Shown here one piece after another: positions 21,970-33,260 of a stretch of DNA of 46,961 bases. The stretch is from Octopus bimaculoides (lineage: Eukaryota): the NCBI RefSeq assembly GCF_001194135.2, contig NC_068981.1:86474651-86521611 (forward strand). Reading direction: 5' to 3'. The notes below the pieces were generated by a model. That model searched no databases and was not told where the DNA came from. It was given only the letters and a program-made list of their open reading frames with translations. Numbering within the stretch: position 1 is the stretch's first letter; every line of letters starts with the position of its first letter. Position numbers and translations under genes: made by a program.

Positions 21970-24825
21970 TTAACGGCATTTCCTTCAACCAGCTTGTTCT
22001 TCGGGGCATTCCATTTCCTGTTATCAAGATGAGTCCTTTTCCTTTGCTTCAATTTGCTTCTTTGTCTTCCTCATGAATTTGTACTTTTTCTGCTCCAGAC
22101 GACATGCAATCCTCTGATATCTTACGGGCCATTGGAGAACCAACCTGTCAGGTTTCACGCATGGTGCAGGAACCGTTTGCCTTCATGGAATTATTCTGCA
22201 GGGAGGACCAGGTGCTACTCCTTCTCGTGTGCATGCGCACTTGCTGCTCCATCAATTTGTTAGTACCATAGGAAATTCAAGGACCAGGCCGAAAAGTGTA
22301 CACAACCCTGCTCTTACTCTTCAGAGGGAAACTAGGCGGGGAGGCGCTGGGCACATCAGTTGTCTCCCCCATTGAATCATCTTACTGTGCATTTTTTATC
22401 TGAGATGCTATTTCTTCAAAGTCCTTTATGGTGGACATGGGTACCAGCATGAGTATCTGGCCTCAAAGGTTTACTTCCGCCAATCCTGGTCTTCCTGACA
22501 TATCTCTCTACGCCGTGAATCACTCCTCCATTAAAACCTATGGTCAAATTTTCTCTGACCCTGGATTTATCACTCCGTAGGGATTTCAAGTGGATCTTCG
22601 TCATTGCAGATCTGCCCTATCCCATCCTTGGTGCTGACTTCTTACATCACTATTCCCTCCTTGTGGATGTTAGAGGACACAGACTCATTGATGACACTAC
22701 GGCACTCGCCGTTTCCGGAAAGGATTCTTCTGTTCATGTTGTGAGCCCTTCCTTCTTTATGGCTCTTTAGGTGACTCTTACTACCAGTTACTTGTGTCGT
22801 TTCCAGAGTTGACTGATTTGTCATTTCATCTGTTGAATCCAGCCCATTCCACGAGACATTTCATCATGACTAAGGGATCTCCAGTTTTTACTGACTGTGC
22901 CGTTTGTCTCCAGAGAAACTCCGGATCGCTTAGGCTGAATTCGAGCACATGCTCCAGCTGGGCCGTACTTGTCCCTCCACGAGCCCATGGGCAGCACTTA
23001 TACACATGGCCAGGAAGAATGAAGCTGATTTTCAACCGGTTGGAGATTTTAGACATCTTAACACTGTCATTTTTGTGGATCACTATTCCCTACCCAATGT
23101 GCAAGACTTTTCATCTGCCCTGCATAGCTGCAAGTTTTTTTTAAAAATCGACTTGGTACGTGCATACCATCAAATCCCTGTCAACCCAGAAGACATTCCA
23201 AAGACAGCCGTCATTGTGCCTTTCGGAGTGTTTGAATTTTTGTCTATGCTGTTTGGTCTTTGCAATGCAGTAAGCACATTCCAAAGGTGCATCGACGAGG
23301 TTGTTCGTGGGTTAGATTTTGTCTTCGCATATGTTGATGACCTTCTAATCGCCAGTGGTACTCCAGACCAGCACCCCCAACATTTAACCCAACTGTTCAA
23401 GTGCCTACGTTCCTATAATGTGAAGATCAATTCAGCTAAGTGTGTATTCGGCTCTACCAGCTTGGAATTCTTGGGGCATCTCATTGATGCCAGTGGTATT
23501 CGTCCGCTTCCCTCTAAAGTGGAAGCCATCAAACGCTTGTCTCCTCCTGTTTCTTTGAAACAGCTCAGAAATTGCATTGGTTTAATTAATTATTATCGTC
23601 GTTTCATTCCTAACTGTGCGGAGAAGTTGCTTCCCTTGACCAAGTTCATGAAAGATCAAAGTAAAAAGACTCCCCGATAATGCTATCTCCTACAGCCATC
23701 CAAGTTTTTGAATCTGTCAAATCTGACCTTGCTGAAGCATCCTTCCTTGCTTATCCTATTGCAGATACAAAATTGACACTCACTGTCAATGCGTCATTGA
23801 CAGTGAGTGTCAACAGTTGAAGTCAGCTATTGGCCTTCTTTTCTCACCTGTTGAAAAATGCCGAATTGAGATACAGTGTCTTTGGTAAAGAACTCTTAGC
23901 AAGTTATCTAGCAGTGAAGCATTTCTCTCATCTTCTCGAAGGCAAAGATTTCACGACTTTCACCAACCACAAACCACTAAAATTCGCTCTCTTTGCCAAA
24001 GCACACTGGCACTCGCCCAGAGAAACAAGACATTTGGACTACATATCACAGTTCACTAATGACATTCGCCACATCGCTGGCACTGACAACATCCCTGCCA
24101 ATGCCTTATCTCGCCTGCCTGTCGGTGCATTGACATCTCCTGCTTCGATTGATCTGGTTGCTATGGCTACTGACCAACCCTCCTTGGACTCCCCAGACGT
24201 CTCTTCACCACAGTTTTCCTGCTGCAAGTTTGAACACCTGCCTCTGCCTTTTTCTGAAGGAACCATTCTCTGCGATGTTTCTACCAGGTCACCCTGACCC
24301 CTCGTTCCTGCATTCACTGTCACACCCTGGCATTGAAGCCACAGTAAAGCTTATCTCGGCCCACTTTTCCTGGTTGAACATGCGTCGGTCTATTACTGCT
24401 TGTTCTATTTGATTGGACACCTTTCTTTGCTGAACAATTTTCCTTCTACATACTCGCATTGTATTTTTCAATTGTTCATACAACTGTTTTGCCATGTTTC
24501 ATTCTTCTGTGCCTTCCTAGCACACACCTGCTTCACCTACATTACTCTTAATCAACTGCTTCCGGTCTAGGATGGGGGGGGGGCTCTGCAAGCGCAGTTA
24601 CCTCCCTTGACAGTGGGTTTAAACAAGCTCGCACCAGTTGGTGCTTGAGCAGTGAGATTTTGACATGAAGCCTTGTGACATCCTCTTTTGGCATCTAGAT
24701 GTCGGAGAGCAAGGACACGGTCTAGTTGGCTCTCTTATGACACACGGCGACTAGCAGACATGAGGTAATGCGCAGAAGAAGATCATGGCCTCCACGCATC
24801 AAACTCTTTCCATTTATCATTCAAC
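21970..24825 (+). mobile_element. Truncated, degenerate Ty3/Gypsy LTR retrotransposon (gag end, PR, RT, RNase H, partial IN, PPT, 3' LTR)
   Basis: Gag Cys-His motif C*YHRKF..QAEKC..PC (22258-22311); protease FMVDMG...ILGADFL; RT KIDLVRAYHQIP...FAYVDDLLIAS (22949-23680); RNase H ELLASYLAVKHFSHLLEG..F..FTNHKPL; IN HSLSHPG. PPT at 24569-24583, LTR-like sequence from TG at 24587. Multiple stops and frameshifts; no 5' LTR seen. Confidence 0.92.
22326..22369 (+). promoter_or_regulatory. Putative -1 programmed ribosomal frameshift signal (slippery G GGA AAC plus stimulatory hairpin)
   Basis: The heptamer GGGAAAC (22326-22332) is in X XXY YYZ phase with gag and immediately precedes the gag TAG. The protease is in the -1 frame. 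A stem GGGGAGGC/GTCTCCCC starts 5 nt downstream. Confidence 0.75.
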
Positions 24826-26037
24826 TTATATATATATATATATATGTATGAGGCTGACATTAAAGGTATTTAAAGTTACAGCCTTGTTCTAGGTATTTCT
24901 TTGTACTGTGTTCCTATCAAATGATATTACAGCCTTCTGAAGGAGTCATCCTTAAATGGCTCCACGACCCTGATTCAAACACCATTTAAACATTTTATAC
25001 AAGCTCATCTGAATATTGTACTATTGAAATATGAAACTTGTGATAGCTGATATTTAAACCCTGTGCTTATTAAATATTTATCACTGCCAATACATACATA
25101 TATGTGTGCATGTATCATCTTGTGCATTTTAGTATTTTACAATCCATAAATTAAACTGGTTGTTAATATAGGATTGTTTAATGAGTATGTATACAACATC
25201 AGGTATGTAGGTAAAAAAAAAAAGTTAAAGAGAAAGAAAAAGGCAAGGTCAAATTAGTTTTCTCTGGTCAATGTACTGAGGCACTAATCATATGCAGCAC
25301 AGTAGCTAATCATAGATATTTCATAAAAGAATAAAACACAGTCTTTCATTTTTGGAGGCAGTAGATTACATCATGGATTATATTATACTTTGTGAATAAT
25401 TTTCTTAAATAAAGACATTATTTAGATATATGATCTGGGACAATAAGTGCATAGTAAATGTGATCATTAGTAAGGAGATTCTATTTTTGTTGTGATTTTT
25501 ATGAGAATTATTGAAGACTATTTCAATCAGTATATAGGTCATGGGTCATTTTCATGAATATCTCATGAGCCAGCTATTGTTTCTTTGTCATACCTCATAT
25601 TTTATGTGACAATAATGGTCTCATATTTGGCATATAAGTCATTATGTACAGATTGTAATCATGTTATTAACCACAAGTTGGTTATGACTAAGAGGCAATC
25701 AAGTATGACTATCATGTCCTTGGAAACAAAACATTCCTGAAAGCCATGTTGTTGCATCTGATATAGGCACAAGCCTTTAACCCTGCCTGACTTGAGAGCC
25801 TCTTAGCTCAGCAGACTGACTATTGTCTACATCCGTCTCTCATTTCTAGGAATGTAATCATCCTGTCAGATTACACCATTGCAGCATGTACCAATGAAGA
25901 CCTCTCTGACCCATTTTCTAGTAATACTTGTGTACTCGAAGCTCACTGACGTCAATAATAACCTTCATTCTGTACATTAATGACCTACTTACTATCACTA
26001 ACAACACATACTTTAATGCAGTCATGGCTGTGGGGAG

Positions 26038-26470
26038 CAGGTATGGCTATGTGGCTTAGGAGTTTGCTTCTCGACAATATCGTTTGGGGTTCAGTCCCAC
26101 TATTTGGCACCTTGGGAAAATGTATTCTGTTATAGCCTCAGGCTATAATAGTAAATCTGATAGATATAAACTGAAAGAAGCTCATCATATATTTCTATCC
26201 AGCTATCTATCTGTCCATCTGTCTGTCTATCTGTGTGTGTGTGTTTGTGTATTCTTGTCTTGATGATAGTTCTAAATGAGCATCATTATCACACAAGTCG
26301 TATCATTCATTTTCAGTCTTCCGTAAAAACTCTCCAGCTAAGAGGAAATATTATCTTACTTGAAACAGGCGAAAGTTAGCAAGAGGAAGGACATCTAGCC
26401 ATAGAACATCTGCTTCAACAAATTCTTTCTGACTCATGCAAGTATGGAAAAATGGACAATATAATGATGC
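26038..26470 (+). mobile_element. SINE family D with RTE-type tail
   Basis: ggtatggctatgtggcttaggagtttgcttc...ggttcagtcccact...ggcaccttggg...aaactgaaagaagc...gaggaaggacatctagccatagaa...catgcaagtatggaaaaatggac. Confidence 0.7.
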
Positions 26471-26807
26471 CACCAATGATGACAAAGAAGGGAAAGTAAA
26501 AAAAACATCATAACTTAATGGAAGACTGAAATGTGTATTCTATTTCTTTCACTGAGAAAGCACATCATATTAAAGTGGTGGACTAAAATTTCAAACTCTA
26601 CTAAATATATTTATAGATTGCTTGATAGACGTTGTAGTCCAGTTTTTCGTAAATTAAAGCTCATCAGTGGTGACTACTCCATTGCTGGATGGTTTAGCTA
26701 AAACCTGACTGTCAATTGCATATAGTTGGGTGTTTTTAATGGCACTGACACAAGTGCTTTCCATCACCAGAGGGACCAGTCTTAACACTTCTGCTATATA
26801 TCTTCTC

Positions 26808-27640
26808 TATTGGTAGTCCATCAATCTCCGATGAAGACGTAGCCTATGGTTTCAGCAGTTAGCAGTGGGAACACATGTGACTCTGCAACCCAAAGCCAGA
26901 AGCACACAGGCACCTGCAGGTTGGACACTGGTAGTCTGTGATCAGGACTGAGGATGATGCAGCACAGTGATGTCTGTCTGTTGTGGCTGTGAGGCATTGC
27001 TGTCTATCCTCCTCAAAAGCAGCTACAGCAGTGTAGATGATTGACCTCCAGGTAGCCCTGTTTGTGGCTGCAGTCTCAAGTTTGCTAGGCTGGATGCTAC
27101 ACCACTTTAGGTGCCCTTTAGGATGTGCTTATACCTTAATTTGGGTCTCCCTTGTTGTCTTGTGCTTTCCTTCAGCTTACTGTACATCAAGTGGAGGCGC
27201 AATGGCCCAGTGGTTAGGGCAGTGGACACGCGGTCATAGGATCGCGGTTTCGATTCCCAGACCGGGCGTTGTGAGTGTTTATTGAGTGAAAACACCTAAA
27301 GCTCCACGAGGCTCCGGCAGGGGATGGTGGCGAACCCTGCTGTACTCTTTCATCACAACTTTCTCTCACTCTTTCTTCTTGTTTCTGTTGTGCCTGTAAT
27401 TCGAAGGGTCAGCCTTGTCACACTGTGTCACGCTGAATATCCCCGAGAACTACGTTAAGGGTACATGTGTCTGTGGAGTGCTCAGCCACTTGCACGTTAA
27501 TTTCACGAGCAGGCTGTTCCGTTGATCGGATCGACTGGAACCCTCGACGTCGTAAGCGACGGAGTGCCAACAACAACAACAACAACTGTATATCAGCTGT
27601 CTGGGGATGTGGTGATTCTTCATTCTGCTATACAAACATA
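26808..27640 (-). mobile_element. RTE-BovB-like LINE 3' fragment interrupted by a SINE
   Basis: The minus strand reads RMKNHHIPRQLIYS [SINE] LMYSKLKESTRQQGRPKLRYKHILKGT...WRSIIYTAVAAFEEDR...YQCPTCRCLCASGFGLQSHMCSHC*, i.e. the GRPKLRY motif and a terminal C2H2-like finger. Confidence 0.8.
27192..27584 (+). mobile_element. Full-length SINE family B with ~11-bp TSD
   Basis: tRNA-like head with A and B boxes and a (CAA)n tail. TSD ACTGTACATCA (27179-27189) and ACTGTATATCA (27585-27595). Confidence 0.9.
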
Positions 27641-27877
27641 CATACATATATAAACACACACACACACATGAACACACAAGGATGTTACCTAATACCACAG
27701 ATGTAATGACTGCCTTCATTGCATGTATGGAAATACCTATTAACATTTGACGATGAGTTTTAAATTTTGCATTCATCTCCTGTTTATAATTTATGTGCAT
27801 ATGCGATATATAATCGATTTTGTTAATTCACATTTTGGAGTCTATTATTTTTGTTGCTGTTATTATAAGTGTCTTTA

Positions 27878-28080
27878 AGGTAGCAAGCTGGCAGAATTAT
27901 TAGGTCGTCAGACAAAATGCTTAGTGACATTGTATCTGTCTTTACATTCTGAGTTCAATTTCTGCTGAGGTTGACATCACTTTTCATCCTTTCAGGGTCA
28001 ATAAAGTAAGTACCAGTTGAGCACTGAGGTGAATATAATTGGCTTGCTCCCTTTCCACTGCCTAGAGTAGAAAGATTATT
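27878..28080 (+). mobile_element. SINE family A copy
   Basis: ggtagcaagctggcagaattattag...ctgagttcaatttctgc...aataaagtaagtaccagttgagcactg. Confidence 0.8.
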
Positions 28081-28204
28081 ATTATTGTCTTTGTTGTGAT
28101 CGTGGCTAACAAGAAGTTTATCATAATACAAGCTTCGTCCATCCATCCATCCACACACACACACACACATGTACATATGCACATGCATACATACATAAAG
28201 AGGC

Positions 28205-28700
28205 TTGTCAGATCACCTCATGGTCCTAGCAGGCAAAATTGAAAAGGTGTTTCCACACAGGATAGCAAGGGAGATCTACTGGATCAGCTACTCTGACTCA
28301 TGGGGGTTGCATTTGCAGATAGCCATCTCTGATCCAGCAGCAGTGAGCAAGGGTAATGGTCCAGGGGCCGAGAATTCTGGAGGTTTCCACTGCCACAGGC
28401 TCAACCAAAAACCTGTCAGAGAACAACAGAATACTTTGCCAGTTTGCCTTTCTCAGTCTGACAAGCAGTGGAACCTTAGCTGAACACACCAAGTTGCCAC
28501 TGGAGAAGCTATGACAGCATGTGGTATCCCAGATGACAGGCCTGTATTTGAATACATGACAAACACTTTTAAAAAAACCCCAAAAGATGCATATATCATC
28601 CATTACTATCCTGTTTGTCTCATTACCCTTGTAAAATTTTTCGCCACCTTCAGGCAGTAGCACCGCCCACTTAAGAAGCACTGTTAGAGTCACCAGCAAT
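28205..28700 (-). mobile_element. CRE-type non-LTR retrotransposon restriction-like endonuclease remnant
   Basis: Broken minus-strand frames give PVIWDTTCCHSFS...EKGKLAKYS...EPVAVETSRILG...E*LIQ*ISLAILCGNTFSIL, matching the RLE pattern WD.T...E..K..KY...P.AVET.G..G...L.Q.ISLA...GN...IL. Confidence 0.72.
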
Positions 28701-29619
28701 TGTTGCCATCCCTTTAACTTGTCTCTCTTCCTTCTCTTCCTTCCACTACTATTGTCTTCAAAATCTTCTGCAACATGTATCCATCTACTGTTATTCTCTT
28801 TATCATTGTTGTATTTGCTGTCAATATATTAAGCAGTTTTGTTTTAAATGAAAGTGTGCATGAGATAGCATATGTGTGTGTATACAAACACACACACACA
28901 GATATATAATGTGCTTCATGAAGAGACAGATTAAATTATAATCCCTTCAATCATCATCCTCCTCCTCATCATCATCGTTTAACGTNNNNNNNNNNTATAT
29001 ATATATATATATATAGTACATAGCATTGCTTGTTGAGAACAAAGTAAACCCAAAACTTACGCTAGTAATACACTGCCATTCAGTAGAGTAATTAATACAT
29101 TTTATTTGAAATGATGATAGCAACAAGTATACTCTTATTTCATTGCTTTCAAAGATTTTTAAGTAAGAAAACATAAGCTGTTTAGCTTTCTGATTAATAT
29201 TTGTCTTTATGCCAGTCACTCAAGGAAATAAAAACAAAAATTATAAAAGTAGGAGGTGTCACTGTTGTAGAAATGTTAGATATTGTTTAGTGAACAGTGG
29301 AGAATTTGATGCTCGGCTCTTGTAGCTTTCAAATATTTTGTTTCATAGTGGTTAAATGATATTTTTTAATACAGTATTGTCTGAGCTCAACTTCTTTACA
29401 ATGGCCTGTGACTGCTTTTAGAAAATGCTTTAGATTTAATTTTTGCCTAAACAAATTATGAGTTTACTGTCTTACTGTGGTTGGTATTTAGATTTTAAAT
29501 ATACATCCAAAATACATTTTAAAAACAATTGGAGATAGCCATGTGATTAAGAAGTTCACTTTGTGACCATGTGATTTTGGATTCAGTTCCCCTGTGTGAA
29601 ACCTTAGGTACTTCTACAC

Positions 29620-29960
29620 CAACCATGGTTCAGTGGCTAGGTCATCGGGCTAACAATCATGAGGTAGTGAGTTCAATTCCCGGACCAGGCTGTGTGTTGC
29701 GTTTTTGAGCAAGACACTTTATTTCACATTGCTCTAGTTCACTGAGTTGTAGAAATGGTTATGACATCACTGGTGCCAAGCTGTATTAGCCTTTGCCTTT
29801 CCTTTGGGTTACACTGGTGGTGTGCAGAGGGGAGGCTGGTATGCATGGGCGACTGCTGGTCTTCTATAAACACCCTTGCCCAGACTTATGCCTTGGAGGG
29901 GAACTTTCTCAGTGCAATCCCATGGTCGTTTATGACAGAAGGTAATCTTTACCCCTTTAT
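29620..29960 (+). mobile_element. SINE family E, near full length
   Basis: tRNA-like head atggttcagtggctagg...gagttcaattcccgg, core ttgagcaagacactttatttcacattgct, 3' half as at 34540-34700. Confidence 0.8.
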
Positions 29961-29975
29961 TATTATATATTACAT

Positions 29976-30009
<34 letters not shown>

Positions 30010-30299
30010 TACAGGTATATACATGTGTGCATCTTTATTTTGTGTTTGCTCCTCTCACTATGTGGCAGTGTTGGTTTGTTTGCATCTCCATAGCTTCCTA
30101 GTTCAGCAAATGAGACCAATACATTAACTGAACAATGACTGAAACAAGTAAATGATGACAGATATTCTTTCTAGATATTTTATTTTCCTATTTTGTATTT
30201 ATTTTTATATTTGCCTTTTTCTTTGTTTTTAACTTCTTTTGTTCTATAATATTAACTTTTAGCAAATAAACTCATTAAGCTTAGTATTAAATGACACAG

Positions 30300-30500
30300 G
30301 GCAGCGAGCTGGCAGATTTGTTAGCATGTTGGACAAAATGCTTAGTGGATATGTGTGTCTTTACATTCTGAGTTCAAATTCCACTGAGATTGACTTTGCC
30401 TTTCAGGGTTGGTAAAATAAGTACCAGTTGAGCATTGAAGTCAATGTAATCAACTAGCCCCCTGCCCTGAAATTACTGGCAAAGTTTTAAATCAATATTA
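30300..30500 (+). mobile_element. SINE family A copy
   Basis: ggcagcgagctggcag...ctgagttcaaattccactgag...aaaataagtaccagttgagc. Confidence 0.8.
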
Positions 30501-30568
30501 AATTTAATTATAATTTAAGCTCATGATCTCTTTCTGAAAACTCAACCACTACAACACTGTCTTTGTCC

Positions 30569-30650
30569 CTGCAGCTAGATCTCACTATCTCTGCAGCTAG
30601 ATCTCGCTATCTCTGCAGCTAGATCTCGCTATCTCTGCAGCTAGATCTCA
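30569..30650. repeat. 22-bp tandem repeat, ~3.7 copies
   Basis: CTGCAGCTAGATCTCGCTATCT starting at 30569, 30591, 30613 and 30635 (partial). Confidence 0.9.
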
Positions 30651-30689
30651 CCATCATTGAGGATCTCTCATTAAGATTGCATTTTCATA

Positions 30690-31130
30690 ACAAAGATTGT
30701 AACACAAATGTTGGTCTTCCTCTTCAAGTCAGAAAATATGTCAGTCCCCATCATCTACTAATCCTCTACAAAGGTCAGGTGAGACATACAATGGAGTACT
30801 GCTCTCACACATGGGATAATGTAGCTGCTACATATACAAATATTCTAGATCATCCCAGAGAAAGGCCATTCAAATGATAGGTAAGGACTTACAAACATAT
30901 TTCAGTCACTTTCTCTGCTCTCTGCCTTTACTACCATTACTAGAATGGCTTCTTGGAGAAGGTTGGGCTAATGCCACCTTCACTCAGGTAATCTTGAAAC
31001 AATACTGTCTTCATTCATCATCCATATTGCATCTAAATTCTCAGGTCTTGCACTGGCCAATACATCCAGTCATCTTTTCTCAGAACATTGGCTCTCTGAA
31101 ATGCTATCTCTGCCTATGGTGACTTACAAC
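30690..31130 (+). mobile_element. Decayed CR1/Jockey-like LINE 3' RT fragment
   Basis: LLILYKGQVRHTMEYCSHTWD resembles 'LYK.QVRP.MEYCSH.W'. Frameshifted downstream. Confidence 0.7.
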
Positions 31131-31589
31131 AGTTTAAGGGGGAACATTATCAGTCTCTGTCTCACTGATCAATAAAGGCTACAGACAGACCATTCCAACC
31201 AAAGTAAAAAAAACCCCAGCTGTTGTGTTCCAGTCGAGTTCATCTTGCCAGTGCAGTTGTGGCCCTCATCAAAATGTGTCCAGGACTGGAATAGATAGGA
31301 GAGAAAATGCAACATATCCTAATTATCTCACTACACTACATACACTAAACTACTGTTTATCTGAAAAGGTAGAATGATTGACAAAAGCATATTATGTTTG
31401 ATGTACTATATCTATAGGTCATGCCTAAGAGGCATGTAGTATATGAGCTACAAGACCTGTGGATTACATCTATTTGTTGAAATGATTAGCAATATGTCAT
31501 ACTTCTACCTGAAGAGATAATTGGACTACTCAATAACAACAACAAAATCAGTTTCTGAAATGTTGTTCAAAATATCTAAAAGTACAGAA

Positions 31590-32430
31590 AATGGGCTCCA
31601 TCAAATGCCAGAGGGGATACCTAGAAGTAGTTGATAGCTTCCATTATCTAGATGACCAAGTCAGCAGTGGAGGTGGATGCTCTGAGAGCATAGCTGCTAG
31701 AATAGGCAAGAAAGCTTCTACCTTTGTTGGTAACTACGGGCCTCTTTCTCAGAGTGAAAGGCAGATTGTATGATACCTATGTGTGAACAGCTATGATGCA
31801 TGGCAGTGAAACATGGGATGTAACTGCAGGGGACATGTGAAGGCTTGAAAGAAATGAAGTTAATGTACTTCTCTGGATGTGCAACATCAGTGTGCATGTA
31901 CGACAGAGTGTAAGTATCTTGAAAGAAAAATTGAGTATAAGGGGCACCAGATGTGGTGTACAAGAGAGATGACTGCACTGGTATGGTCATGTGATGCATA
32001 TGAATGAGAACAGCTGTGTAAAGAAGTACCACTCTCTAATGGTAGATGAAGTGGTGAAGTATGACTAAGATGAAGTGGTCAAGTACGGCCTTTGAACATT
32101 GGGCCTCACAGAGGTAATGATTAGTAACCAAAACCTTTGGCAGTATGCAGTGCTTGAGAAGATTCATCAAGCCAAGTGAAATCATAGTCGTGGCTGATGC
32201 TGGTGTCATGTAACTGGCACCTGTGCTGGTTGCATGTAAAAACATCCATGCCAGTGACACATAAAAGCACCCATTACACTCTTGGAGTGGTTGGCATTAG
32301 GAAGGGCATCCAGCCATGCCAAATCACACTGGAACTTGGTGCAGCTCTCCACTTACCAGTTCTAGTCAAACTGTTTAACCCTTGCCAGTATGGAAAGCAG
32401 ATGCTAAATGATGATGATGATGATGATGAT
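31590..32430 (+). mobile_element. Decayed RTE-clade LINE 3' fragment with (GAT)n tail
   Basis: LEVVDSFHYLDDQVSSGGGCSESIAARI...MHGSETWDVT...LHWYGHVM; co-linear with 20960-21966. Confidence 0.85.
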
Positions 32431-32739
32431 GTTACAGCACACAATAATGATAAATTTAAAACAGTTGTTGCTATTATTGTCACCCATAGCTTCCCTTCAA
32501 TCTGAAAGGTTAAAAGCAAGATGAAAATTTTACAATATTTTATAATTTTCCAACAAAGCTTGTATAAACACCCAGCTGTAAATGAAAACATTAACAATGA
32601 TAAACGAGCAAATATTAATTTTAGGCCATGAATAAAGTCAATGACTTGGCTTTTCCTGATCAGACAACTTTATAACTAGGTTATTTGTTATATTGTCTTC
32701 AAGAGGAGTGACAATCAGGTGTTTTGGAGGCATAGGAAT

Positions 32740-33010
32740 AGCTGGATAGTTGAGTTCACTTTGCCACATGGTTTCAAGTTTGAAACCACAGCATGGCATT
32801 TTGATTAAACATTTATAGCTGTGGATTGAGCAATGTCTTGTGAGTGAAATTCGGTTGATAGAAGATTTTTTTATGCTATATCTGCAAATCAACCGATAGT
32901 TTATGATAGGAATTAGTTGACAGAAACTGAAGAAGCCTGTTGTACATATATATGTGTTAGTGTGTGTGTATATGTGTGTGAGAGAGTATTTGCCCATGTC
33001 TTGACATGTT
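32740..33010 (-). mobile_element. SINE family D fragment
   Basis: Reverse-complement head ...ccacatggtttcaagtttgaaaccacagcatggc and the ...aaactgaagaagcc core block. Confidence 0.4.
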
Positions 33011-33205
33011 GTTGCTCGTTTTAATTGTGTCATTTGGTTTCAGTTCCTTGTATGGGCTGCTTATTGTTCGGTGGACTGAGAAATTATTACCTTACATGGA
33101 AATTGATGAGGTGTAGAAAATTTGTCTCAATGGATTTGGTATGACACATGCAAACCAGAGAAAGATTCCTGTTAAATGAAGATGACATTGATAATGATAG
33201 TGATG

Positions 33206-33260
<55 letters not shown>

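Noticed and set aside
22949-23680. 243-aa RT ORF as an active or domesticated gene or a retron/DGR-type system
   Set aside because: It is the RT portion of a Gypsy pol flanked by frameshifts and stops, with a degenerate protease active site (DMG) and a deleted integrase core.
25600-25920. GC-richer patch that may be a decayed retroelement
   Set aside because: No recognisable motif in any frame that I could read.
27192-27270. tRNA gene (also the heads at ~2200-2278, ~20130-20203, 29620 and 34408)
   Set aside because: A and B boxes are present but run into SINE bodies with TSDs and simple-repeat tails; no complete cloverleaf was seen.
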